This document shows positions 9,174-18,800 of a stretch of 64,000 nt of DNA, piece by piece. Positions within the stretch are counted from its first letter, which is position 1. Every line of letters starts with the position of its first letter. The notes beneath the pieces were generated by a model. The model had not been told where the DNA came from, searched no databases, and saw nothing but the letters and a program-made list of their open reading frames with translations. Source of the stretch: Myxococcales bacterium (lineage in GTDB: Bacteria; Desulfobacterota; Binatia; HRBIN30); assembly GCA_037445065.1 (NCBI GenBank), contig JBBILD010000001.1, positions 64,001 to 128,000 on the forward strand, in the 5' to 3' direction. The translations under genes were made by a program, and so were the position numbers.

Positions 9174-10679
9174 TCAGAAACCGAACGTTACCAGGTCGGA
9201 CTGCGTTCTTGCATAGCTGAGCGCGAATTCCAACTGCGCTTTAGTCTGCGCGTGTACCTCGAAGATTGGTTCCCCTTTTTCCACGACGTCTCCGACCGTT
9301 CGTAAAAGCCGCACTCCGGAGGCCACGTTGGCAGGTGCCCCAGCCTGCTTAGCTACTCTGGCCATGTGCCAACAGTGAATGGCGCGGACCCGCCCGTCCG
9401 CAGGGGAAAGATACGGCTCTTGAAAAGGTGCTGCGGGTGGGAAGGGCTTGCGGCCTTGAGCGTCGAGAATTCGTTCGAAGGCCCTTTCCGCAGCACCGGA
9501 ATCGAGCGCCTGTGCAGCCGTTCGATACCCTTGCCCTCCCACGACCGTACCAGACAGCTCGAGAATGCGAGCCGCCAAGTAGATGGACTTTTCGCGCAGG
9601 TCGACGGGCGCGCCAGGTTGTCGGTGCAGAACGGCCAGCACGTCCAGCGCTTCCAGCCTTGGTCCAATACCCCAACCGATAGGGCCGCGGGCCTCAGTGA
9701 TCGCGATATCCACGTTCAAATCGATCCGTCGAGCCACGTCGCGGAACAACTGCGCTAGGTGATCTGCTTGCTCGATTGAGCGCACTTTAGCGGTTGGGCC
9801 TACGGGAATGTCTAGTAAAACGTGGGTCGCTCCTGCCGTTTTCTTTTTGGACAGAATGGAGGCAACCATTTGTGCCTCGGTGTCAATTTCCATCGGCCGC
9901 TCGACGGTGATCAAGATATCGTCGGCTGGAGCCATGCCTAAGGCTCCTCCCCAGACGATACACGCTCTCGCGGTGTCGATGGCCCGGTAGAGCTGATCTG
10001 GGTCTAGTGCGACCTCAGCAAGCACTCCCATCGTGTCCGCTGTCCCAGCAGGACTCGTGATGGCTCGAGAGGATGTTTTCGGAACTGTGAGCCCGAGCGA
10101 AGCAAGAACTGGGATGACAATCATGGTTGTTCGATTTCCGGGTACTCCGCCAATGCAGTGCTTGTCTAAGATCGGGCCACGTTCGAAATGCAAGCTTTTG
10201 CCAGTGTGCACCATTGCATTCGTGAGGGCCACGAGCTCGTCGAGGTCGAGTGACCGCAGAGCGCAGGCGAGGACGAACATTGAAAGCTCGATTTTCGAGT
10301 AACGGTGGGCGACGATGTCACGGAGAATGGCTTCGAACTGTGCGGGCTCGAGCTTTTGGCCAGTCAATTTGGCGCGCACCAAGTCGAGACTTCGCGGCGC
10401 CGGGGAGTGCGCAGCGTGGACGAGGGTTCCTTCGGGGAGTTGCAGATCTCGGAAGGCTACTTCAGAGAGCCCGATTTCATCGGCGGCGAGCAGCCCGTTT
10501 CGACAAAAGTTCAAGATGCCTGTGATCTCCCGCCCGTCCGTGGAAAGCGTCGCTGCGCTCCAGACCCGCACCCGGTCCAGAGGGCGGAATCCCAAGTTGC
10601 CCTTTTCGACAGCAGACTCGTGTATGAACACGACGCGCTCGCTGAGGGTATCGATGTGCATCCGCCGGAGTTTGAACAT
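9174..10679 (-). CDS. Thymidine phosphorylase family protein (AMP phosphorylase-like long form)
   Basis: DKHCIGGVPGNRTT, PKTSSRAITSPAGTAD, SILSKKKTAG, PIGWGIGPRLEA, N-terminal extra domain. AGGAGG upstream of ATG 10679. Confidence 0.9.
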   Translation of the reverse strand: MFKLRRMHIDTLSERVVFIHESAVEKGNLGFRPLDRVRVWSAATLSTDGREITGILNFCRNGLLAADEIGLSEVAFRDLQLPEGTLVHAAHSPAPRSLDLVRAKLTGQKLEPAQFEAILRDIVAHRYSKIELSMFVLACALRSLDLDELVALTNAMVHTGKSLHFERGPILDKHCIGGVPGNRTTMIVIPVLASLGLTVPKTSSRAITSPAGTADTMGVLAEVALDPDQLYRAIDTARACIVWGGALGMAPADDILITVERPMEIDTEAQMVASILSKKKTAGATHVLLDIPVGPTAKVRSIEQADHLAQLFRDVARRIDLNVDIAITEARGPIGWGIGPRLEALDVLAVLHRQPGAPVDLREKSIYLAARILELSGTVVGGQGYRTAAQALDSGAAERAFERILDAQGRKPFPPAAPFQEPYLSPADGRVRAIHCWHMARVAKQAGAPANVASGVRLLRTVGDVVEKGEPIFEVHAQTKAQLEFALSYARTQSDLVTFGF

Positions 10680-10777
10680 GAGCGACCTCCTCTCGATGTT
10701 GAGCCGTTTGTTATCTTTGTCCGCCCTGTTGGAAATTGTTGTCATGCGTTACGGGCGCGAGAAGGAAAGACCGGGAA

Positions 10778-12385
10778 ATGCAGGCTCGAGATCGTGGCGT
10801 TGATGCAATCACACGCGAGTTGTTCTTACACCGGCTTTCGGCGGTTTGCGAGGAGATGGGGGCTGCGCTCTGCAAAAGTGCGTTTTCTGCAAACATCAAG
10901 GAGCGCCGCGACTTTTCCTGCGCGTTGTTCGACGGGGCGGGCCAATTGGTGGCACAGGCGGCGCACATCCCCGTTCACCTCGGTTCCACGCAGTTGGCAG
11001 TGAAGGAAGCCCTTGGTCTCGTCACAATGTCGGCGGGCGACGTGGCAGCCGTGAACGATCCGTTTGCGGGAGGAACGCACCTCCCCGATCTGACGCTCGT
11101 TGCCCCTGTGGTTTTGTCTGGTCGCTCCCGACCGCTGGCCTTCGTAGCTGTGCGTGCGCACCACGCAGACATGGGCGGTATGGTTCCGGGATCCATGCCA
11201 CTCTCTGAAGAGATCTTTCAGGAAGGCCTTCGGATCCCGCCGGTCTTGTGTGTGCGCAATCGCCGCTGGGTACCGGAGTTTCTGCGGCTCTTCCTTGCAA
11301 ACACACGCGTTCCTGAAGAGCGCCAGGGCGACCTCTTTGCTCAGCTGGCTGCGATCCGCATCGGGCAAGCGCGGATGGCGGGCTTGTGTCGGCGCTTTGG
11401 TGCAAGAGTGCTCGAGACGGTCATGGCGTCCTTGCTGGACTACTCAGAGCAACTGGCTCGTGCACTCATTGCCCGGATTCCGAACGGGCGATACACGGGG
11501 CAAGACGTTCTCGATGATGATGGTCGGGGCACCCGTGGGATTCAGCTTCGCGTTGCGCTCGAAGTCAAACGTGACTCGATGCGGGTGGATTTTTCGGGTT
11601 CCTCGCCTCAGGTGGCTGGTTGCCTGAACGCAAACGCTGCCATCACCTGGGCAGCGGTTTTGTACGTGCTGCAGACCTTGGCCGGTGGGCGAATTCCGCC
11701 AAACGCGGGCTTGATGCGGCGGCTGGAGGTGGTTGCTCCGGAGGGGTCCATCGTAAACGCCCGTTTTCCTGCGGCAGTGGCGGGTGGCAACGTAGAAACC
11801 TCGCAGAGGTTGGTGGACGTTCTTTTTCGTGCTCTCGCCCGTGCGTTGCCGGAAGAGATCCCTGCCGCCAGCGGGGGCACGATGAACAACTTGGCCCTTG
11901 GTGGTTACGACCCCATCCGCAGCCGCTTCTTTACCTACTACGAGACGATCGCCAGTGGGGCAGGGGCTGGCCCGAGTGGCCGCGGTGCGGATGGCATCCA
12001 CACCCACATGACAAACACCTGGAACACACCGATTGAAGCTTTGGAAGCCGCATACCCCGTCCGGGTCACAGCGTACCGCATCCGAGTGCGCTCGGGTGGG
12101 GAAGGACGCCACCGGGGAGGTGCTGGAGTTGTCCGGGAAATAGAGGTGCTTTGCCCGCTGCGCTTCTCCCTATTGAGCGAACGCAGGGTATTCCCCCCTT
12201 GGGGTTTGCTCGGGGCTCAACCTGGCCGGCGGGGCCGGAACGTGCAAGTAGGACGGAACGGTAGGAAGTGGTTACTCCCCGGCAAGGTCGAAGGCCAGCT
12301 GGCGCCGGGAGAACGACTTCGGATCGAAACCCCGGGGGCTGGGGGGTGGGGCCGAAAGCGGGGAAGGGGTGCACGGGGGAAGTAG
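10778..12385 (+). CDS. Hydantoinase B / 5-oxoprolinase beta-subunit family protein
   Basis: SANIKERRDFSCALFD, HIPVHLGS, NDPFAGGTHLPD, RAHHADMG, GGNVETSQR, THMTNT, ETPGAGGWG. Confidence 0.92.
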   Translation: MQARDRGVDAITRELFLHRLSAVCEEMGAALCKSAFSANIKERRDFSCALFDGAGQLVAQAAHIPVHLGSTQLAVKEALGLVTMSAGDVAAVNDPFAGGTHLPDLTLVAPVVLSGRSRPLAFVAVRAHHADMGGMVPGSMPLSEEIFQEGLRIPPVLCVRNRRWVPEFLRLFLANTRVPEERQGDLFAQLAAIRIGQARMAGLCRRFGARVLETVMASLLDYSEQLARALIARIPNGRYTGQDVLDDDGRGTRGIQLRVALEVKRDSMRVDFSGSSPQVAGCLNANAAITWAAVLYVLQTLAGGRIPPNAGLMRRLEVVAPEGSIVNARFPAAVAGGNVETSQRLVDVLFRALARALPEEIPAASGGTMNNLALGGYDPIRSRFFTYYETIASGAGAGPSGRGADGIHTHMTNTWNTPIEALEAAYPVRVTAYRIRVRSGGEGRHRGGAGVVREIEVLCPLRFSLLSERRVFPPWGLLGAQPGRRGRNVQVGRNGRKWLLPGKVEGQLAPGERLRIETPGAGGWGRKRGRGARGK

Positions 12386-12417
12386 CGGAGGTCTGGCCGG
12401 AGCTGCTTCCCCCGTGC
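12371..12417. terminator. Strong hairpin between convergent genes (possible terminator)
   Basis: GCACGGGGGAAGTAGC / GCTGCTTCCCCCGTGC (15 of 16 bp complementary), overlapping the hydantoinase stop. No clear U-tract. Confidence 0.4.
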
Positions 12418-12450
12418 GGGTTGGGAGGGAAGGGGAGGGGTTGAGGAAGA

Positions 12451-12987
12451 TCACGCCGCAGCAGGCGGTGCCGCGACCGGTTTGGCACCTGTACCGGATC
12501 GTTCGCGCCGCTCCAAACGAGAGAGTCGCTTTTCAAGCGCGTCCAATCTCTCGCATGCCCGCCGAAGCTCCGTGTGCGTAGCCAGATCCAGGCGCTGCGA
12601 AAGGAATCTCCGTGCTCGCTGCTCGAGTCGGTTGGCCGCCAGGCGTAACGGTTCCCGCAGCTGCCGCCTCCAGGTTGCGAACTGTTTCGTGAGTTGACGC
12701 GATGATACCGAGAGGCGTCCCTCGAGCATTTCGAGTTGGCGGCGGGCAAGCTTCTCAACATCCTGCCAGATTTGCTCGCTTTGCGTGCGCATCTCACGAC
12801 TGATCTGCGCGGCTCGTTTCTCGGCAGCACGCCCCGCTGCCGCGATTCGCTTGCGCGTGTCCTGCAGCAAACGGGCCGTATTGTCGGGAAACAAGCGCAC
12901 AACGCGGTCAATCTGAGCGGTCACCGTGTCCGTCACCGGAGTCGAACCTTTTGGCACCCGTGGCTTCGCAGCCATTTTCCTTGCCAT
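12451..12987 (-). CDS. Coiled-coil protein, phasin / PHA granule-associated-like
   Basis: AGGAGG before ATG 12987, amphipathic helices, C-terminal LDLAT..EL...RLDALEKRL typical of PhaF/PhaI-like proteins. The longer ORF-track version crosses the tRNA and is rejected. Confidence 0.55.
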   Translation of the reverse strand: MARKMAAKPRVPKGSTPVTDTVTAQIDRVVRLFPDNTARLLQDTRKRIAAAGRAAEKRAAQISREMRTQSEQIWQDVEKLARRQLEMLEGRLSVSSRQLTKQFATWRRQLREPLRLAANRLEQRARRFLSQRLDLATHTELRRACERLDALEKRLSRLERRERSGTGAKPVAAPPAAA

Positions 12988-13008
12988 GAGAGAACCTCCT
13001 GACCAGGC

Positions 13009-13049
13009 CATATAACGCGGTGCATCATACATGTCAATGCACTGCGTCA
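13009..13049 (-). promoter_or_regulatory. Sigma-70 promoter with overlapping inverted-repeat operator
   Basis: Minus strand TTGACA (13037-13032), 17 nt, TATATG (13014-13009). Arms 13013-13025 and 13037-13049 are 11/13 complementary. Confidence 0.6.
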
Positions 13050-13168
13050 TGGTTGTGCGAGGCGCGGTCCCTGGTCCAGCGCCGTAAACCTCCCAGAAAC
13101 CAAGTTGAGGAAGCGGCAGAGGTGCGGCCCTAGGAGAAAGGACCCCACCGTCTGGAAAAGGGTGGGAG

Positions 13169-13242
13169 TGGTCGCACGTGGACTCGAACCACGGGCCTCC
13201 TGCATGTGAGGCAGGCGCTCTAACCAGCTGAGCTATGCGACC
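13169..13242 (-). tRNA. tRNA-Val (anticodon CAC), CCA not encoded
   Basis: GGTCGCA-TAGCTCAGCTGGTTAGAGC-G-CCTGC-CTCACAT-GCAGG-AGGCC-CGTGG-TTCGAGT-CCACG-TGCGACC-A folds to a full cloverleaf. Confidence 0.96.
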
Positions 13243-13368
13243 ATGAGCGAAACGTGCCGCTAACACATGCGGCCCGTGGTCGCAAGAAGAGTACGTGCCA
13301 CCTTGGAAGAAGATCCTTGCTTGGGGAAGCCCGTGCGATAGAGTGCCGGAGCTTCAGGAGGCTTTGGG

Positions 13369-14373
13369 ATGAGTGTCGCCATGTGGGCAAAGGCGGTTCG
13401 AGTAATCCCACGGGTTGATAAAACGGAGTGGGAGCAACTCGACGTCATCTCTCGCTGGTTGATTGCAACGCGCTCTGCGGTCTTGGTGATGACCTTGAAT
13501 TCCGCTGTGCTGGCAGGATTGTTGGCCTGGCGGGATGGAAAATTTTCGTTTTTGCCCTGGCTGTTGGTGACGGTTGGGCTTTTGCTCGCGCACGCTACGA
13601 ATAATCTGGTGAACGACCTCACCGACCACTGGAAGGGTGTTGACCGGGACAACTATTTCCGGGCTCAGTACGGCCCGCAGCCGCTCGAGCATGGTTTGCT
13701 CTCGATTCGCGAAGTGCTCGCTTACATCGCGGTGACCGGAGGGACCGCGTTGCTTGTGGGGCTGGTGCTGGTTTACTGGAGGGGTGCACCAGTTGCGGCT
13801 TTGCTCGCAGCAGGCGCGTTCTTTGTACTGTTTTATACTTGGCCGCTGAAATTCATTGGCTTGGGCGAGCCAGCTGTGGTGGCTGTGTGGGGGCCGCTGA
13901 TGGTGGGTGGCGGGTATTTTGTCGTAACCGGAGAGCTTCGCGGAAGCATACTTTGGGCAAGTTTGCCACTCGCCTTGGCGGCCACCAGCGTGCTGTTTGG
14001 TAAACATATCGACAAGCACGATGCTGACCGAGAAAAAAGAATTTATACCCTGCCGGTACTCTTGGGCGAGCGGGCCGCGCGCTGGGTGGCGGTTGTCTTG
14101 ATAATCGCGATGTACGCGGTGACACTGGCGCTGGTCTTGAGCGGTGCGTTCGGTTGGCCCCTCTTACTGGTCGTTGGTGCGCTGCCTGCGGGTCACCTGG
14201 CGGTACGGGTGTACTTGCAGCCGCGACCAAAAACTCCTCCCGAGGAATATCCACTAGGAATCTGGCCGTTGTGGTATTCTGCGTTTGCGTTTCGCCACAC
14301 GCGCCGGTTCGGCGCCCTGTTCTTGTTGGGCACGGCGCTAGAAGCCGGCATGTGGCGTCTGTTCGGCGGTTGA
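13369..14373 (+). CDS. menA: UbiA-family prenyltransferase, 1,4-dihydroxy-2-naphthoate polyprenyltransferase-like
   Basis: WLIATR, NLVNDLTDHWKGVD, YTWPLKFIGLGE, DKHDADREKRIYTLPVLLG, multiple TM helices. Confidence 0.75.
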   Translation: MSVAMWAKAVRVIPRVDKTEWEQLDVISRWLIATRSAVLVMTLNSAVLAGLLAWRDGKFSFLPWLLVTVGLLLAHATNNLVNDLTDHWKGVDRDNYFRAQYGPQPLEHGLLSIREVLAYIAVTGGTALLVGLVLVYWRGAPVAALLAAGAFFVLFYTWPLKFIGLGEPAVVAVWGPLMVGGGYFVVTGELRGSILWASLPLALAATSVLFGKHIDKHDADREKRIYTLPVLLGERAARWVAVVLIIAMYAVTLALVLSGAFGWPLLLVVGALPAGHLAVRVYLQPRPKTPPEEYPLGIWPLWYSAFAFRHTRRFGALFLLGTALEAGMWRLFGG

Positions 14374-14410
14374 TAAAGGCCTGACAAAAGTCCTCGTTTC
14401 GGAGGTCAGT

Positions 14411-15691
14411 ATGGGCGTCGAAATACAGCAGGCACCCGTGGAGCAGCTCGACATCATTAGTGCGAGAACCTACGGAGAACACGGTTATCCGCACGAGGCC
14501 TGGGCCAGGCTGCGTCGTGAAGCTCCGGTCTGTTTCATGCGACCGCCCGGTTACCGCCCTTTTTGGGCGATCACGAAGCACGCTGATGTGATCGAGGTCT
14601 CCACGCAACCGGATAAGTTCAAAAGCGCGGGGCGATTCATCCTGTTTCCCGAGGCTGCTGAGTCCTCTGGACCTCGTCTCGAAGAAGACCCGCCCCTGCG
14701 TATGCTGGTTAACATGGATCCCCCGGAACACCGAACCTACCGACGTCTCGTTAGCGGTTGGTTTACACCTCGAGCGATTGCCCGCTTGGAGCAACGGCTG
14801 GTCGAAATCACGCACGAAATCTTTGATGATCTCGCTGGCGACGGCGGTTGGCGCGAATGCGACTTTGTGCGTGATGTGGCGGCTCTCCAGCCCTTGCGGA
14901 TGATCACAGAGATCCTGGGGATTCCCAGACAAGATGAGCAGTTCGTGTTGCGGGTGACAAACGAAAACTTCGGCCTCGAGGACCCCGAGTTTCAGCGACC
15001 TGGTGACACGCGTGCGGAGCGCTTGGGTTTTTTGCAAGAAGCGTTTGCCTATTTACAGCAGATCACGGAAGACCGGCGCGCGAACCCGCGCGAAGATTTG
15101 AGTACGGTGCTGGCGCACGCCACGATCAACGGAGAGCCGGTACCGCAATTTGAGTTGTTTTCGCTGTATTTCTTGATCATGGTCGCTGGGCATGACACCA
15201 CCAGGAACTCAATTGCAGGAGGTCTCCTGGCCTTGATCGAGCACCCACAGGAGCTGGCACGGCTTCGCGCAAATCCCCACCTCATTGAAACCGGAGCGGA
15301 CGAAATTGTTCGCTGGACAAGCCCTGTGATTCACTTTTCCCGCACGGCGACGGTGGACTACGAGCTGCGTGGCCAGAGGATCCGCAAGGGGGACTCGGTG
15401 GCTTTGTTTTATCCGTCCGCGAATCGTGACGAAGAAGTATTCCCGGACCCGTTTGTTTTCCGCTTGGATCGGGAACCCAATCCACACTTGGGGTTTGGAG
15501 TCGGAGAGCATTTCTGTTTGGGAGCGCACTTGGCACGGCTCGACATCAAGGTGTTTTTTCGAGAGTTCGCGCGCCGTGTCGAGGCAATCGAACTTGCCGG
15601 CCCCGTGGAGCGCTTACACGCTAGTTTTGTCGGGGGTCCCAAGCGCATGCCCATTCGGTGGCGGCTAAAGCCGCGCGCCGCCGTAAACTGA
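14411..15691 (+). CDS. Cytochrome P450 (CYP124/125/108-like group)
   Basis: MDPPEH, I-helix AGHDTT, EIVRW (ExxR), heme motif FGVGEHFCLG. Confidence 0.95.
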   Translation: MGVEIQQAPVEQLDIISARTYGEHGYPHEAWARLRREAPVCFMRPPGYRPFWAITKHADVIEVSTQPDKFKSAGRFILFPEAAESSGPRLEEDPPLRMLVNMDPPEHRTYRRLVSGWFTPRAIARLEQRLVEITHEIFDDLAGDGGWRECDFVRDVAALQPLRMITEILGIPRQDEQFVLRVTNENFGLEDPEFQRPGDTRAERLGFLQEAFAYLQQITEDRRANPREDLSTVLAHATINGEPVPQFELFSLYFLIMVAGHDTTRNSIAGGLLALIEHPQELARLRANPHLIETGADEIVRWTSPVIHFSRTATVDYELRGQRIRKGDSVALFYPSANRDEEVFPDPFVFRLDREPNPHLGFGVGEHFCLGAHLARLDIKVFFREFARRVEAIELAGPVERLHASFVGGPKRMPIRWRLKPRAAVN

Positions 15692-15810
15692 CCGGCGGCT
15701 ACGCTTCCCCGCCGGTGTCCACGTAAGCGGCAGCCGGGTGGAGCCACGCATCTATGTTGCTCTTCCCGTGTCGATCCGCCGCCCTCAGTTTGCCAAACGA
15801 CCAACGGTGC

Positions 15811-18800
15811 TCAGCGACAGACAAACGTACTCCCGCTTCGTGAGAACTCACACCGAGGGCGCACGCTAGTGCTTTCATTGAACGTAAGGCTGCTGCACTG
15901 TCCCATTGCTGCGCGGCTCTGATTACCGAGGACAACGATCAGCTGAACCGGGTCCTTGCCTGGCTGAATCTGAAAATCGCCGGTCTTTCCTTTGATGGTC
16001 ACGGTAAAAAGACCCGGCGTCCGCGTGGAACTGCGAACGGTTGCCTTTACAATGTCCCCTTGGAGCCGGTCAGGGTCGCGGTAAGTGGCTACATGGCCGC
16101 TGGTACTGAGTCGCCAACCAACGTCCGAGCGCGAGGTGGCAGCGCCTCCCGGAACGATCCTTTGCCACAGCAGATTCCCGTTTCGATCGAGCACCGCGAA
16201 ACGGATTCCCTCCGCAACTGGGTTAGGCGCTGGGACGGCGGGTGCGAGCATCCAGGCCACCCGAATGCTGAGGTTTTCATCGCCTGCTGGATCGGGGTTC
16301 CGTGTGATCTTCAGTTTTGCTGGAGAAGGAACAGTAGTGCCGCTGCAAAAGACTTCTGGCAGTGGGGTCGTTGTTGGCGTTGGGGTCTCGGTTTCCGTAG
16401 GGGTCGGCGTCTCGGATGGTGTGGGCGTCTCGGATGGTGTGGGCGTCGAGGTCGGAGTCTGAGTGGGGGGATCCGTTGGCGTCTGCGTGGGCGTCCAGGT
16501 CGGTGTCAGTGTGGGCCCGCCGGGTGTGATTGTCACAGTAGGTGTTGGGGTGGGCGTAAAGGTGAGGCTGGGTGTCGGCGAGAGCGTGGGAGTGCTTGTC
16601 CGGGTTATGGTTGCTGAGGGCGTCCAGGTTAGGGTTGGGGTCGGTGTCAGCGTGGGCACGGGCGAGAGGGTCGGGGTCTGGGTGGCGGTCAAAGTTTGGC
16701 TCGGCGAGGGCGTGGCTGTGCGCGTCGGGGTTCGTGACGCAGTCGCCGTGGACGTAGCGCTAGGAGTGGGGGTGGCAGTCGCGAAGTTCGGGGTGCTGTT
16801 GGGGTCAGCCGGGTCGGAGCCCGCGTCGATTTCGTCGCGATCGAAATAAGAGTCCTCGTCACGGTCGACGCCCATCCGCACCGCGGATCCTAACGGGACG
16901 GCCGTATACGTAAGCTCCTGACCTGGGATGGAAGCCACCATGCGCAGGGAAGAATCGGTCCAGGCGGGCTCACCGGCTCGGTCGCTTTGGAAGGTACCAG
17001 TGGCTGTACGGTACCAGCCGCGCATCTCGCCGTTGTAAAAACCTTTCACGACGATGTCCGTTTCCCCCGCGGCAGCGCGCTGCAAAAGCAGGTCGATGCG
17101 CGGATTAGCCACTGCAGCGTTGGCTGAGGTCAGGGTAACCTGCTGTCCAACAACGGGGAAGAGATCCGTGTCGAACGCGAGCAGAAACTGCTCCACATTG
17201 CGCCGCTGGGTGTCCCCGCCGTCGAAGCCAGCCCCATTTTGGTTATTGAAGACGGTGGCATTGAGAAATCGAAAGAGGGTGTCCACGCTACCGTCGTGGA
17301 GAAAGCCGAAGCCCCGGATTTGGTCACCCTTGTGTCCGTTGTCGCCAGAGTTGAAGAACGGAACGGCTGCCATCCCGAACATTCCGACTTTTTGGTAGAG
17401 GTTTCGCAGGTGGGCGATCTTGATGACTTGAGGCTCGTTTTCGAAGCTGGCCTTCCCATCTGTGCCGAAGAACCCTTGAGCACGGTTTGTCACGTGGCAG
17501 CCGTTGCAAGTGTGTCCAAGCGCGCTGTCCGTACCATCCGTGCCGAACGGGATTCCATCTGCGCGGCGAGGACCAAAGAAGAAGTCGCGGCCCGCTTGCT
17601 GTGCCGGTGTGAGGGAGTTGTCTAGGGCGCGGATGGGATTCGGCGGCAACTTTACTTGCAAGATAAAGTCAGTAAACGCTTGCATCTCTGCTGCGGTGAG
17701 TTGCGCGCTTCGGCCAAGCAGTCCAGGGAAAGCGACGTTGAACGCCTTGAACGCAAGATCCGCGCTGAAGGGCTGAGAACTTCCTCCATTGCGGTCACCC
17801 CGCCAGTGCATGGCCCCGTGGTTGACGAGCCCTCGTAACGTTTGCGTGGTCATCGGGCCTTTCATTGGATGAAAATCGCGGAACACTCCGCTGGGAATGA
17901 ACGAAGCCAGTTTCACAGGAAGCGGGTTCGTCTGGGTTTCATCGTCCGGGTTGCCGAGATCCCAGGCGAGGCTGTCGAGGTCTGCGAAGATGTGACAACT
18001 TGCACACGCTGCTTCTCCGTTGCTCGAGGTATATTGCGCATCGTACAAAAAGCGCCGCCCATTAATCACCGAAGCCGGTTCGGGATTATAGAGGGACACG
18101 TGGTCCACCTCGGTTTTGGTCGCCGTGTCCACGATTGCGATCCCGTTGTCGAAACGCGTCAGGACGTAAAGTCGTTGCCGCGTTTCATCGAGGGCCAAAC
18201 CCGCCGGCCCGCCGCCGCTGACAGAAATGTAGTTGGCGCCGTTCGGAACAAATGTGTCGGCCTCGAGTTCGGCAGTTTGAAAAACGCCGACTTTGCTGGA
18301 GCCGAAAGCCGCGACGTACAGGGTCTGGCCATCACTGGTCACGACCATGTCCAGCGGTGTGGCAAGGCTGTGATCCTTGGCCCCTGGCGGAGCTGGGCGC
18401 TGACTGTAGTCAATGTGCTTGTTCAGATGGCGTGGTAGCACATTGGAGCCGGACAGAACCGTAATCCTCGCCTCGGCGAGGTGCCCTTGCACTGTGGTTC
18501 CCCCGAACTGGGCCGCAAAGACTCCGGGACCTTCGAACCGAAACTCGTTGCGCGCCTCGAAGTTGCTCACGTAAATTTTCCCGGTAACCGGGTTCGTGAC
18601 CATGTTGAACAAGATCGTCCCGACACCGGCGAAGTAGCCCGCTCCACCGGGGAGTTGGGCCGGCGGGTTGGCGTTGGCGTCGATGACAAACACGTCCTTG
18701 TCGGGTAAGTTGAATTTGACGGCATTGTTCCAGTTGCGCCCACACACGCTTCCTGGGCAGTCCGCATCGGTGGTACAACTCCAGCCGTACTTAGACCCAC

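Noticed and set aside
13169..13242. tRNA as a prophage or island integration site
   Set aside because: I saw no integrase, no duplicated tRNA 3' end and no compositional shift in the window.
12988..13266. N-terminal extension of ORF 12451..13266
   Set aside because: It runs through the tRNA-Val gene and a promoter; the real start is ATG 12987 with AGGAGG.
16364..16780. Repeats as a CRISPR array or mobile element
   Set aside because: They are in-frame, degenerate codon repeats of a Pro/Thr linker with no spacers.
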